Source of the DNA: Octopus sinensis | Taxonomy: Eukaryota | Assembly (NCBI RefSeq): GCF_006345805.1 | Contig: NC_043002.1 | Location: 119,102,001-119,166,000 of the forward strand | DNA: 64,000 bases | Direction of reading: 5' to 3' | Part shown: positions 49,400 to 62,780 of the stretch, in pieces | How positions within the stretch are numbered: position 1 is the stretch's first letter | Layout: the number at the start of each line of letters is the position of its first letter | The notes under the pieces: model-generated | Databases searched by the model: none | What the model was told of the DNA's origin: nothing | What the model saw: the letters and a program-made list of their open reading frames with translations, nothing else | Translations under genes and position numbers: made by a program

Positions 49400-49700
49400 G
49401 GTCGTGAGATCGATTCCCAGCGGTGCATTGTGTCCTGAGCAAGACACTTTATTTCACCCTGCTCTAGTTCACTCAGCTGATAAAAATGAATAGAACCTAT
49501 GATCCAAAGAGCCAGTTTTCAGCATTCTGTATCACGCTGAATCCTCTCCCCACCCCCTTAGAACTGCGTTAATATTACACATGTCTTGGGGATTCCTCAG
49601 CACTTGCACGTTAATTTCACAAGCACGTTGATCCGTTGATCGGATCAAATGGAACCCTATATCGTCGCAATTCATTTGACATTATATATATATATATATA
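49400..49700 (+). mobile_element. CORE-like/T1-type SINE variant, head truncated
   Basis: Inverted partner of 47690-48415. Confidence 0.8.
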
Positions 49701-50902
49701 TTATATATATATATATATATATCAAGAACAGTTTGCTTGGAGTACTGATAAATTTGATGAATAAAAAGCTACAACATTGCAATTGGAGCTATAAATAATG
49801 TAAATAATAGTTTCTAGGATAAAATATCCTTTGACGACGGAAGAAGTGGAAAGAAGCGATTCAAGTATCTATCGTATACCACAGATAGAGGAAAGACAAC
49901 ATTGGATAAGATGGCTCTTGATACACTGCCTGAAATAAAATGTTTACGCTGAAAATGCTTTTTATCAAAATCATCTCATTCACACCCAACAAGGTGCTAA
50001 AAATCAAAACTAAGCATAAAAAGGAAAAACAAAAACGCAAAACAAAAACAAAAAAAAAATCCTCGTCCTCCAAAAACCAACGGTGTCCCAGCAGTGAATA
50101 ATTCTCAGGCTGAAAATGAAGCATCTAAAAATTAGTCTTCTAATTGCAATGGAAGAGATTTCTCATGATTTTGAAAATTTAAATTCATTGGCAGATTGTT
50201 GGAATTCCGAGCAAATACAATATTTTCTTAAAAAAAATGATGATAGATTGGTTGTTAAAAGCAATAAACTTGACTGCTTTCACTTTACGAACAGGTCACA
50301 ATTGGGAATCTTTAATATAAAATCTTTTCATATTTCTTCTGAATGGCAAAATTTCAACGTTACTGTATATAGACCAGCAAAAAGTTGAGCACGTTTCACG
50401 AATAACGAAAAAGAGAAAAAAACAGAAAGAAAGTTACGAATGAAATTCTCATACTAATGTTGTAAAAATTTACTAAATGAATGTAAAAAAAAAAAACCAT
50501 GTTTATAAAATTTGATAAAATGAATAAAAATACTGTAAAATTACCAAGTAACATTTTTAATGTAGTTTATAGCCAAGTAAAAACAAAACAACCATTGCCA
50601 GACATGGAATCAATTTTGGAAAAAAAGAAGAAAATGTAATTTCAGTTAAAATTATCTGAAACGAATTGAAAAGATGTGTTACTAATGATGGTAACTTTAA
50701 CCAAAATAATTCGTTTTGTAATGGAGTATGTTGTTTATCGACTGGTTATAAGATTGGTGCCTTTTCACTGGCGCTCAAAAGCTTTTCGTGATACTCAAAT
50801 ATTTTGATATCTAATATTTTGTTTGAAGGAATAGTCAATTAATCGGCCCCAGTACTTGACTGCTACTTAGTTCATTGACCACGAAATGATGAGGAAAAGC
50901 AA

Positions 50903-51066
50903 ATATTAAGGTGGTAGACCAGAGAAGCAACAGAACATTGGACAAAATTGTACAGTATTTAGTTGCGAGGTATTTTAGTTAACAAGGAAACTAAAGTGGT
51001 TCGTAACTAAATGATGTACAATTTTGTCCAGTGTTCTGCAGTTTCTGTAATCTATCATCTTAATAA
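50903..51066. repeat. Diverged inverted repeat, ~65-bp arms, ~32-bp spacer
   Basis: CAGAACATTGGACAAAATTGTACAGTATTTAGTTGCGA versus TCGTAACTAAATGATGTACAATTTTGTCCAGTGTTCTG. Confidence 0.8.
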
Positions 51067-51331
51067 TTATTTCTAATATTAGCAAAGGGCCAGAAATATA
51101 AGTCGGTTAAATCGACCTCTTTAGTATTTGACTGCTATTTTATTTATCCACTCCACAAAGTTGATCTTGTTGTTTTGAACCCAAAACGTAAGGCGCTTTA
51201 ACCCTCTGTAAGTAAAACTAAACATCAGTCATAAACTAAGGTCGATTCAATCAACTATAATAGTCCTCTGCAAAGTATCGATCAGTTGTGACAGTAAGAT
51301 CTCATTATAATTTAATATTTTCAATAGTCCT

Positions 51332-51545
51332 AAGGCGGCAAGCTGGTAGAATCGTTGGCAGGTCGCGAAAATGCTTAATAGCATTTCCTCTGTCTTCACG
51401 TTCTGGGTTCAAATTACACCGAGGTCGACTTTGATTTTCATTCCCTTCAGGGTCGATAAAGTAAGCACCAGTTGAGCACTGGGGATCGATGTAATTGACT
51501 TACATCACCCCCGAAATTGTTGGTCTTGTGCCAAAATTTGAAGCC
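51332..51545 (+). mobile_element. SINE family A
   Basis: Head and body motifs. Confidence 0.8.
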
Positions 51546-51679
51546 AATGTTTTCATTAGTCCTACCTGGAAGGTCAGAGTCGTATGAATTTGAATCATCA
51601 ACGTTTTGGATTAAAAATTCCAGTAAGGAAAGTTTAATCCAAAGTCTTTATTGGAATTTCAAAATTATTTTTTATGCTT

Positions 51680-52015
51680 TGCATGTTTCAGTCATTAGAC
51701 TGCAGCCATGTTGCAGCATAGCTTTAAAGAATTCTAGTAGAACGAATGGACTGAAGTACTTGCTGTTTTTTTGTAAAGCCTGATTTTATTTCTATCGATC
51801 TATAAGTTATGGGGACGTTAATGCACCAACACCGGTTGTCAAGTGGAAGTGGAACCCCTCCCCCACACATATGACGGACTTCGTTCAGTTCCCGTCTCCC
51901 AAATCTATTCACAAGGCTTTGATGGGCCTGAGTATATACTAGAAGACACTTGCCCAAGACGTCAGTGATGAGACAGACCCCGGAACCATGTGGTTAGGAA
52001 GCAAATACCACACAG
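51680..52015 (-). mobile_element. Old, degenerate SINE family B
   Basis: GTTTCAGTCATTAGACTGCAGCCATG tail and GAAGACACTTGCCCAAG...GGAACCATGTGGTT head remnants. Confidence 0.75.
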
Positions 52016-52018
52016 TCA

Positions 52019-52149
<131 letters not shown>

Positions 52150-52353
52150 TATATTTATAGAGCGAACGGTAAACGGCTGTCATTATTAGCACACAGACTT
52201 TCGAATGTCGGAGCGAAGAGCTACGGTACATTCTCGTCGGCTGTTAAATGGCAACAGACGCTACGGAAAACCGTTAAATATAAGGGAAGTAACTCTAATA
52301 TATGAAAAAATATGTAAAAATATATAAAAAGATATAATATATGCATGTGTGTG

Positions 52354-52399
<46 letters not shown>

Positions 52400-53129
52400 C
52401 ATACTAAAGTTATATATATATTTATATATACATACATATTCGCACTAAAAGTAATAGCACACAGACATAAAACACCTGTGTTCACACGTCTGCATTCGTA
52501 CACACGCACACAAATATGTACACGGACATGCACACGCACACACACAAGCGTATATGTATGTACTCATGCATACACACATACTTGTACACACTCATGTGTA
52601 TATATATATATGTACACAACCTCATCCTCATATACACATAGGTGCTTACATGCATACACACATAACATAACACGCACATATATAGACGTATATTTATACA
52701 TACAAATACACACACACATATATATATATAAACACACAGACATACATTCAAACTCCCGCATACACACACATATACATACCTTCCCATCACACACATACAC
52801 CCGCACATATGCAAACATATGCATATCCATATAAGTGAAGGGGTCGTGTGCACATGAAAATCACACATATGCACCGGACTCAGTTTTACACTTATATACA
52901 TACATACACACACACGCACATATAATATATATATACATACATATACATACATATACATACACACATACATACACGAACACATATAAAAAGGATATATATA
53001 TATATAAAAATATATAAAGATATATATAAAAAACAAAAATTAAAATTAAAAATTACATTAAAAATCAAAAATCAATGGGAGGTAAAACGTATGGTGAAGT
53101 TTGTACAGTAACACAGTAGAAATGTGGAC

Positions 53130-53965
53130 TCTAGCCGTGATCTTGGCGGACCCAAAAGCATAAAAGGTATTTTGTGACGTATGAACATGTCCCAAAGAGT
53201 TCAGTTCTTGAATTGAAACATATGGGGTCTAAGGAACTTTTCCAGATGAACCATCTTTCCATGTTACAAAGACCGCACTTACCACTACCGTTGGTATAAG
53301 GGTTAAACTTGGCTAAAATTTTCTAGTAAATACTGTAGCTGACACCGTGTTCTTTTAAGAACCATATATAACTAAATAATTTAGTAGTCTTTCGTTTATT
53401 CTAGTGTCTGAAGCTTAAGGTGTGATTTTAAAATCTTGCTTTAAAATTTCCCTCAGTGAGACCTATATATCTCCTTGATGAAACTGTATTATTAGCGTTG
53501 GTGGGATTTGCAGTAGCTTCACAAATAATGGTCTCGATCATACAGGCTCTATTTATTCTTGGTCTTTAATCCTGCAGGAACAATCGGTTTCGAGGTGTTG
53601 TGTTGTATTGTGCGTGATTATGTGTTTAAAATTTGGGGTTGAACTAAAGCTAACTTTTAGGTTATGCCTATTAAAGAGTTTTCTATATTTATAATGTATT
53701 GGAAAATGTTTATCTATAAGTGACAAGAAATAATTACCTATATTAAAGGTCACTTCGGGGAGTAAGGGAGTGTGAACCAGACAATTTCCCTCTGTCTATG
53801 TTTCCATTACTTTATTTCTGGTCTAATAGTAGGGGTGAAAACTATTTCCTCTTTAAATCCACTAGCTTTCAAGGCATTGTTATATGGTGGGGCAGCATTA
53901 TTAAATACATTTACATTGGAGGAGAACCTAGAAATTCTCCAACTAATATTCTTAACATGTTTCTG
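53130..53965 (-). pseudogene. Penelope-like element C-terminal region (RT thumb/linker + GIY-YIG + terminal cysteines), decayed
   Basis: Minus strand ISWRISRFSSNVNVFNNAAPPYNNALKASGF; IGNYFLSLIDKHFP...KLFNRHNLKVSFSSTPN; YIGLTEGNFKARF; KCGLCNMER. Confidence 0.85.
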
Positions 53966-54653
53966 TGCGTGTGTATGTATGTTGACGTGTGAACGCTGGT
54001 GTTTTATGTCCATGTATGTTATAATTTTTTGTGCGAATATGTGTGTGTATATAAATATATATATGTATAAATATATATAAATATATATCATGTGATCATC
54101 ATCATCATGTGACCGACCAGACCATCAGATGTTGTTACACATCGCTGGTCACAATGCGTTCGCATTGTTTTAGCCTTCGAATGATGCCACCCCGCTAGGC
54201 ACATGCATCACAACCATATGTGTGCGACATGGTGATCTCATATCAAAGATAAACTGCACATGACCTTGCAGGTGGGGCCCAGTTAGAATTTTCTTCAGGT
54301 TGAGTAGCCATCCCGCTCAAACGGTCCCTGAGAAGGGGTTGTTTAATAAGGATGTTGAAAAAACCACCCATGTCTCCAGAGGTGAATTATTCAAACCCCA
54401 AAGAATCCCTCTCAACATGGCTATGATGCTCCCCCACTACTTCTACTCATGATCAGAGATGCACATATCGTCAGTCACTAAGGGACATGCTCAACTGGTT
54501 AAGGTCAAACAACTGACAAGCAAATCTGTGGTATTGAGCAGAATATTTGCTGTAGCCCATCTTTTATACCAAGACAGAACAATGTACATGATAACACTTC
54601 CAATCAGTTAAGATCAGAAGCCATGAGAGCCACTGCCTGGTACAGCATCAGGG

Positions 54654-54687
<34 letters not shown>

Positions 54688-54697
54688 CACACACACA

Positions 54698-54733
<36 letters not shown>

Positions 54734-55755
54734 TGTATGTATGTATGTATGTATGTATGCGTATGTATATGTTTGTGTGTCTGTGTTTGTCCCACCAACA
54801 TCGCTTGACAACCGATGGTAGTGTGTTTACGTCCATGTAACTTAGCGGTTCCGCAAAAGAGACTGATAGAAAAAGTACTAGGCTTACAAAGAATTGCGCA
54901 AATGCCTTCTGCTATAGCTCTGGGCCAACCAATATGAGTGAATTTGGTAAAGAGAAAAACTATGCATGAAGCCCGTTGCTTGTGTGTCTCGTCTCTTGGA
55001 AATTTGAAACCTTGTCATCAGAATAAATTCGTTTCTCTGCCTTTTTTCTTTTTTTTTTTTGAAATTTTGTTCTGTTCTTTTCACACGGAGAAATAATCCG
55101 TTATGACGTCATTTAATTAGCGTTCTTTTTATTACTTATATATCATTTAAATAGAATGAAAGGCGTTGAAGATTTACCATTCAGAAATCTTTCTTTTATG
55201 AGAAGATAACGGTTACTTTTTCTTTGCAAAACCGGATTTAATATTGATTCTATATCTTCGATGCTCCAACAGACACTAACATTAGGAATTATATAAACAG
55301 TGTCTTCTCTGTTAAATCCAAGACAGCAACGAGGTATTTCATCGGCTAATATATTAGACAACGAAGATAGCCTACAATAATCTAATACTTTTTTAAAATT
55401 CCACATAAAGTACATCGATATCTTAATAACTAAATTGTGTGACACCTGGGTAATGTTTTTCTTTCTTCTCAACCTTTTGGCTGTCCTATGTATCCCATGT
55501 GTTGCACAGGATATATTTTCCTGTCATGTATGTGTCCTATATGATACGTATTCCCAATTGTCTTTAAATCAACAGAGTAAACATGGGACTTATGAAAAGA
55601 AAGCTTTATACTACTCAGATCGTATGAAAGAAAGGATAAGGGTTTGAAAACAAGCGCAGGCGTTTAGGACAAACTTGAAAAAATGCTTTGGACAGGCAAA
55701 GGGAAAACGTACAAAGACCTAACCACATGTACTTGCATGCATACATGCAAAGACA

Positions 55756-55787
<32 letters not shown>

Positions 55788-56151
55788 ACACACACACACG
55801 CACACACATACGCGTTCGCACTTGCACACACACACACACACGCATTTGGTGGTGGATCTCCATCGGTCGACGATGAGGATTCAATTGTGCGATCAACTGA
55901 ATTATTAGCTCCTGAATTGAAGAGTAAGTGGCAGAACATTATACTCACACACGTGTTCCAACGTAATTCTGAGACAGAATCAACACGTGACACAATGTAG
56001 AGTTCCGATGGACTTCTTTATATTTTTAATTTCATCCGCAAGGTATGGGGTGGCAAAAAGGACAGTTTATGGCGGTAGCCACGCGAATTCTGGACCTCAA
56101 TGCTTGCGGAGCGAATTTCTTAACCCTTCGGCCACAATGCGCTCACACACG

Positions 56152-56215
<64 letters not shown>

Positions 56216-56690
56216 TACACACACACACTAATACACTCAAGTATACACACATATACATACTCACCCCACAGTCTACACGTATGTATGTAAATACACATTT
56301 CAGCAGTCTGTCACGGTCATACACCCATTCTTCAGTTTCTGTCTCTTCGTCATAAATATTTGAATTCTTCCTAAATATCATCATATATCGATACACTTCT
56401 ATAGATCTGGTATATTATTAGTTGTTGGCAGAATCGTTAGCACGCCGGAGAAAATGCATAGCGGCTTTTAGTCCGTCTTTATGTTATGAGCTCAAATTCT
56501 GTCGAGGTCGATTTTGCTTTTCATCGATAAGATAAATACCAGTTGGGCACTGGGGTCAGTATAATCAGTGTACCCCTACCCGAAACTGATGACCTTGCGC
56601 CAAAATTTGAAATCATTATAAAAAAAAACGTTCCACTCATTCTGCACTCATCATTTTTCAAGTATGATTGATTAACGTACTGTTGATACA

Positions 56691-57076
56691 GGGGGAAGTA
56701 CTCCGCCGTTTACGACGACGAGGGCTCCGGTTGATCCGATCAACGGAACAGCCTGCTCGTGAAATTAACGTGTAAGTGGCTGAGCACTCCACAGACACGT
56801 GTACCCTTAAAGTAGTTCTCGGGGATATTCAGCGTGACACAGAGAGTGACAAGGCCGGCCCTTTGAAATACAGGTACAACAGAAACAGGAAGTAAGAGTG
56901 AGAGAAAGTTGTGGTGAAAGAGTACAGCAGGGATCACCACCATCCCCTGCCGGAGCCTCGTGGAGCTTTAGGTGTTTTCGCTCAATAAACACTCACAACG
57001 CCCGGTCTGGGAATCGAAACCGCGATCCTATGACCGCGAGTCCGCTGCCCTAACCACTGGGCCATTGCGCCTCCAC
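56691..57076 (-). mobile_element. Young tRNA-Arg-derived SINE (body B, tail T1)
   Basis: 10-bp TSD TGTTGATACA at 56681-56690 and 57077-57086. Confidence 0.93.
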
Positions 57077-57119
57077 TGTTGATACAAAGGAGTAGATGGA
57101 ACATGAAAAACTTGTGTTG

Positions 57120-57560
57120 GTCTCTTATGGCTGGACAGGGAGTTGCGTGTTCTGTGGAATAATCATTGTCAGATTACAAAGAGTTTTGGGGGCATCCGGC
57201 CGCAAATGAAGAGGCACTCAGTGTCTTTACCCGGTTACTTCAAGTTGAGAATTATGGAGATTGGGGTGTCTCTCCAGATCGAACCGCTACTTCTCTGCAT
57301 TGAGAGTCACAACTCTGGTACTACAGATACGTGATAAGATTTTCACAGGAAAAAATCGTAAGACGGACTTTTCAAGCCGAGCCAACTGGTTGGAGATCTT
57401 GAGGTACACCAAGAACGAGATGAATGAATAATATCTATAGTCTATGCTGGACATACTTGGGAATCTCGCTGGTAAGTTTGGTGACAGTTGCTTCTGATAG
57501 ATACTTAGGCGGATTCTACTTCCCACGATCTTTCCGGGAATAGGCACGGAGAAGATAATG
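57120..57560 (+). mobile_element. Old RTE-group LINE 3' fragment
   Basis: One frame gives QLWYYRYVIRFSQEKIVRRTFQAEPTGWRS*GTPRTR*...LGISL...VASDR, resembling the QLRWYGHV.R...RG.PRTRW terminus. Confidence 0.55.
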
Positions 57561-57589
57561 TCTTTCACTTTTGAATTGCTTAATAGAGG

Positions 57590-57638
<49 letters not shown>

Positions 57639-57696
57639 TATGAATATATATATATATATTTGACTCTTTCCACTGCAAATATACACGCAGCAATTT

Positions 57697-57939
57697 TAGA
57701 TGGGCTGGACACGTCGCCCGGCTCACCGATAATCGGTTGACCCGCGCAGTTGACGAGTGGTACCGGCGCGAGCGGAAACGACCGCCTGGAAGGGCTCCAC
57801 GACGGTAGAGTTACGATTTCAGGAGGACGATTGGGATCACGTGGATTAGAAAGGCGCGATCCAGAGAGGAGTGGACAGCGTGCTGTGACCAGTTGTGCCA
57901 AATGGACGCCTGACGGACTGGTCGGTCAAGGTGATCAAG

Positions 57940-57943
<4 letters not shown>
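57697..57943 (+). mobile_element. RTE LINE 3' end with (TCAAGGTGA)2 tail
   Basis: WAGHVARLTDNRLTRAVDEWYRRERKRPPGRAPRR...REEW. Confidence 0.85.
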
Positions 57944-57982
<39 letters not shown>

Positions 57983-58129
57983 TATATATTATATATATAT
58001 ATTATATATATATATTATATAATATATATATATATATTATATATATATATATATATACATATATGAATATATATATATAATATTATATAGATATATATGT
58101 ATGTATATATGTACATGTGTATATGTATG

Positions 58130-59395
58130 TCTCTTCTATTTTTCAATTATTATAATTCTTCCAATGAGGAGGGAGTCAGTTTCCAACAAAGATACAAGGC
58201 TCCGTCTTTGGGGTGTAGTTAACATAGACAAATTCTCATTTGGAACTTGAGAAAAGGCTTTCATACTTTTACTGTTCTACTCACAGATTGGATTTGTACG
58301 AATCAGCCGGTGAATTTCTCTTTCTAAAAATCCCAGTTAATCCAGATACTCCTTTAAGCATTTACTAACAAAACCTAGTGCCCCAATTATTATTGGTATG
58401 AATATGAATTCATAGTCTGGATATAGAAGCTGGAGGTTTCGAAGCAGTTGTCCATAGATGTCCTCTGCTTCCTTGATTTTCTAGGAGATATTTATATCTG
58501 CAGGGCAGATTCCTTGTGTTGGTGTTTATGAATGTATTCCATAACAGAGGGATTTTCTAAGTTTATTTCGGGACAGTCTTTTTTGCGGAAGACATTGTTA
58601 ATTGTTTCAGTAACAAGATCGTACAACATAGGGAGGTAGCACCGTGACGACATTTTAGGACAGCTGCTAATCGCATGCGTAACGTCTTCCACAGAAACAT
58701 GACATAGTCTACACATGCCGTTGCACCTTGGGATTACAAGAGCGTCACTGTCTTTTGTTTACCAGGTACTTTGTGGCAATCTCCTGTTTCTGAACTGCAA
58801 ACGCATAGTTTTCAAAGTGTGATGTGATGTAGTGGTCTTGTGTCCAAGAATTCTACTGCCTTCTTCAAGCTTCTGGGCAACACACCCATGCATGGTCTTT
58901 TTTTGAATGCTTAGTGCTTTCCAGCCAAGTTTTCTTCGAGGTAAGAGAGCCCAGCTGTTTTGGAGCTGAGCTGTATAAGAGATCATCAAGAAGAGAGTTT
59001 TTCTTGAGGAGTTCCCTGCCAATTCGTACAATGTTGCTCACTTTACTTTTCAGGACTGCATTCATATATTTATTTTTGCTGCTGTTGTTTAGCAGGTGCT
59101 GCTTGAGTGATACCAAACGGCATTCGAAGGCCGTCTGCACTGATCTCAGGCCTCTACCACCTTCATTTCTTCTTAGGTACAGCCTGTCAACATCACTGTT
59201 TCTGTGGAAGTTCCCAGTTGTTGTAAGGATTTTGCAGGTTTTGATATTATGGTGTGGATTTCCTCTACAGACCAATCAAGTATCCCAAATGTTGGGATCA
59301 GCACAGGTACTGCAAACGCATTGTGAGATATTGTTTTGTTGTAAGAGGAGTGTTCCGACCGCCATATTTTCCTAAGTATGGTGTAATATTCTCGA
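58130..59395 (-). mobile_element. R4/Dong-like non-LTR element (restriction-like endonuclease class), 3' portion, decayed
   Basis: DVDRLYLRRNEGGRGL, CRLCHVSVEDVTHAISSCP zinc knuckle, LGALG motif near the C-terminus. Confidence 0.8.
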
Positions 59396-59442
59396 GTCAT
59401 GTATGTATGTATGTATGTATGTATGTATGTATGTATGTATGT

Positions 59443-59600
59443 ATCTTTAAATTGGGTGATAGTTTGTAAAGCTAAAGCTTATCGAATAGGTAATAATTTT
59501 TGTTTACTATGTACAAATAAATTTATGGAAATATTACTATCTAATAATAAAAAATTAATTCTCAAGATGAGCGAAGAATTAAATGTAGACGTAAGTTAAA
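59443..59600 (+). pseudogene. Penelope-like element extreme C-terminal fragment
   Basis: LNWVIVCKAKAYRIGNNFCLLCTNKFMEILL...KMSEEL, same type as the end of 53130-53965. Confidence 0.65.
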
Positions 59601-59889
59601 TTACTTATATAATAAGTTTAGCTAATTTGTGTATATATTTAACCCTGGTTTATGTTACTAATTTTTGTAGTTATAATTTGTAGTAGTATAATGAGTATAA
59701 TTTAGCTCTGTTTCTGCTGACATTATTCTAAAGAATTATTAGCCATTAATAAGCCCTTCTGTTTCAGAAAAGGAATTATATCTTGATAATCATACTAATA
59801 GACTTTCAGTACAGAAGTTAAAATGTGCCTGACCTTTTAGTTAGGACCCTCAACTTTCCCAGGGGTCGATTTCATCTTCCATCTTACTG

Positions 59890-60480
59890 TGATTAAACAG
59901 ACTAAATACCAAGCACAGAACATAACTTTTTCGGGTGGAGTCCTGGTTTTAGGATGGGATCTTTAGTTTCATCGGATGCTAACCATGAGGCTTTTATTTG
60001 GATATGATTATAGAAAACGTATTTTTCATCACTTTTGAGGATTCTATCCGGGAAGGGTCCGGTAGAAAGTCTACTCTTTAATAATGAGCAGAGGGAAATT
60101 CTTTGATTAACTTGAGAAGCAGTCAGATGATGAACCCACTGACCAAGTTTAGGCACTTTATCTAGTTCATGAAACTGTCTTATGATCGAAGTGTAACTCG
60201 AACTGAACTGTTTTTCAAATTATCGTGCAATTTGCTTTGAATATTCTTCAACCATGATTTTCAGAAGCTCAGTATTGACTGAAGTTGTTCAGATCGAAGG
60301 GAATTTGCGCGAGAAAAATTGGGAGGAACTTGTTAAACCATCGTTGGCATGTCAGGACCATGAAAGCTTAATTTCCATAGTCAAAACTAATATTTCTTGC
60401 TGCTTCCATTACTGAAAAACCTCTTTTAATTTCATACAGAGGCTGGCAGTGTGTCTTATATGGGTTTGATCTAAACTCAT
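59890..60480 (-). pseudogene. mariner transposase remnant (N-terminal HTH to first catalytic Asp region)
   Basis: EAARNI...TCQRWFNKF; KLGQWVHHLT (WVPHEL-like); DRILKSDEKYVFY (GDEKW-like); KPGLHPKK. Confidence 0.85.
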
Positions 60481-60517
60481 TTTAACAGAATAAAATCGAT
60501 ATGAATTTAAACATATA

Positions 60518-60775
60518 AAATAAAATAATTGCGCCCTTTTAAAGCCTAGCCAGGCTCATGGGCCCGGTTTCCCGGCTTTAATGGTGTATGTGTTCCCCAG
60601 CTGGACGGAACGCCAGTCCATCGCAGCGTTACTCTTTTTTGCCAGCTGAGTGGACTGGAGCAACGTGAAATGAAGTGTTTTGCTCAAGAACAAAATGCAT
60701 CACCCGGTCCAGGAATCGAAACCACAATCTTACGATCATGATGCTGACACCAACCACTAAGCCACGCGCCTCCAC
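60518..60775 (-). mobile_element. tRNA-derived SINE with CORE-like body and tail T3
   Basis: 14-bp TSD AATTTAAACATATA at 60504-60517 and 60776-60789; body shared with 12508; tail related to 29560. Confidence 0.88.
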
Positions 60776-61624
60776 AATTTAAACATATAGTGTAAAGTAA
60801 TCTGCAAAGAAGGAAAAAAACCCCATTAGAATGTAAAAAATGCTTATTTTACTGTATGTATCAAAAAAGCACTCACAAAACGATCATGTTAAAAATGCGA
60901 CAGGACTTTTCTGCCAATCTAATAATTTTTAAAAAGTAAAAACCCGAGTTTCTTAAACTGAAAAAGCTGGAGCATTACTCGTTCAAAATGTTTCTTTTTG
61001 ACGCGATAATGGCTGCCCTTTTAACACATTCCCGACCCTATTTTGATTTCATATTTTTATGGCTTCAGCAAACACCAACATAAGAATTATATGGACTATC
61101 TTATCTGCTAAGTTCAAGACTGTATTGAAATATTTCCCAGATCAATGTGATAAGCAAACGAAGTCAGTCTACAATCATCAAGCACATTTTAGATATTCCA
61201 CACGAAGCGCATCAAAATTTTAATAACTAATCCTCGTGACATTTATGTAAGGATTTCCTTTAAGCAGAGATATACTTAACATACTTAACTGCATATGGAT
61301 ACGCACAGAAATATAGCAGATGTGTTCAGCTGTATATATATTATATTATATATATATATTATATATATAATATATATATTATATATTATATATATATATA
61401 TACTATTTTACTCATATACGTGCATGTGTGGAAGCTTGTATAAGTGTATATGCCAAGATCTATACATATAAATATTGACAAATATATGATTTAGTAACTG
61501 TTGTTGTCATTCATCAGTTTTCGTTTCTTGAATCCTTTCCATAAATTTATGATTGCCTTTCAACTAAATATTATAACGCAATGACATCATACTAAATGCA
61601 TATATTAGTAAGTATCTTATTTTA

Positions 61625-62030
61625 AACTAGCAGAATCGCCCGGCGTTGCTCGGGTTCGTAAGGGAAATAACTATATAAGCATTTTTAGAGATGTAAAGTA
61701 TAATAGCCATCACAATATGGCTAACCACAAAGGGGGGGGGGGAGGGGTTACTGTAGCTTTTTACGTTCTGAGATTTAATAATAAATTTTTAGAGAGTTAC
61801 TTCCCTTATATATGCCAAAAATGCATTAAAAATGGAAAAAATTGATGGTAATTTTTTTTTTAAATCGTAGACTCATCGTAGACGCACGCTAATACCCAGA
61901 AGGGCTCGATATGAATCACGACTATAAGATACCCGGTTTTGGTTAAACTGCACCGCAAAATGTGGGAGTAGTTAGGAATCTAAATCGTAGGAGACAGACA
62001 GCACACAACTTCTCTTTTATATATAAAGAT
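61625..62030 (+). mobile_element. HINE/DINE-1-like element, copy 2
   Basis: Colinear and highly similar to 5147-5547 with the same ends. Confidence 0.65.
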
Positions 62031-62227
62031 TTCCAGTCTGCTGCACAGTTATTATATTAGTATTTTAGTGGTTATCAATTTTTTTAATTTCCAGCCAGCT
62101 GAAGAGGTTAGCTTGTTGGACTCACCGCAGGGATACAACAAAAGCTTGTAAATGCTTATCGGCGAATGGCCACTGCCAGATTTCAAAGTGTTAATAGATA
62201 TTCTATGCAACTATAGAATAGTTATAT

Positions 62228-62460
62228 AAGGCGGCGAGCTGGTAGAACCGTTAGCACGCCGGGCGAATGTTTAGCGATATTTCGTCTGCCGTTACGTTCT
62301 GAGTTCAAATTCCGCTGAGGTCGACTTTGCCTTTTATCCTTTCGGGGTCGATAAATTAAGAACCAGTTACGCACTAGGGTCGACTTAATCGACTTAATCC
62401 GTTTGTTTGTCGTTGTTTGTCCCCTCTGTGTTTAGCCCCTTGTGGGTAGTAAAGAAATAG
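62228..62460 (+). mobile_element. SINE family A, full length
   Basis: Complete head to GTAAAGAAATAG tail; flanking 23-bp direct repeat. Confidence 0.9.
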
Positions 62461-62519
62461 ATATTCTATGCAACTATAAAGGCGCAAACACTATGGAATC
62501 GAGGGTTATGAATGATATC

Positions 62520-62780
62520 GGACATCTGCGCTATCCACCATGAACCAAAAAGTACTGTTCCACAAATCCGCTTTATCCACCCCTCCATCCCTCCATCTCA
62601 TGTTCAGCTACACCCAAAGCCTGAATCCACTTAGGAAGGTTCTCTGTAAAACCCATGCACTCAATCTCCTTTCTCTACAGCTCTGCATGCCATCTATTTT
62701 CTTTACACACTTCCACCCACTTTGCATACTTTCACGCCTCCTTCTCATTCGTTCCCTTCATCTTCGTCTCTCACGACACA
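62520..62780 (-). mobile_element. Degenerate RTE-type LINE fragment
   Basis: Minus strand KKIDGMQSCRERRLSAW resembles the G...V.ERRLRWYGHV region. Confidence 0.4.

Noticed and set aside
50116-50388. 90-aa ORF in AT-rich unique sequence
   Set aside because: No motif recognised; length is within chance expectation.
54095-54655. ~560-bp non-microsatellite segment that looks like an interspersed repeat
   Set aside because: Single copy in this window, with no ORF, TIR or TSD that I could verify, so left unclassified.
55453-55509. Signal-peptide-like MFFFLLNLLAVLCIPCVAQDIFSCH followed by a GTATGT donor-like site
   Set aside because: No downstream exons or homology identifiable; a hydrophobic stretch is expected by chance in T-rich DNA. 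RNA-seq would be needed.
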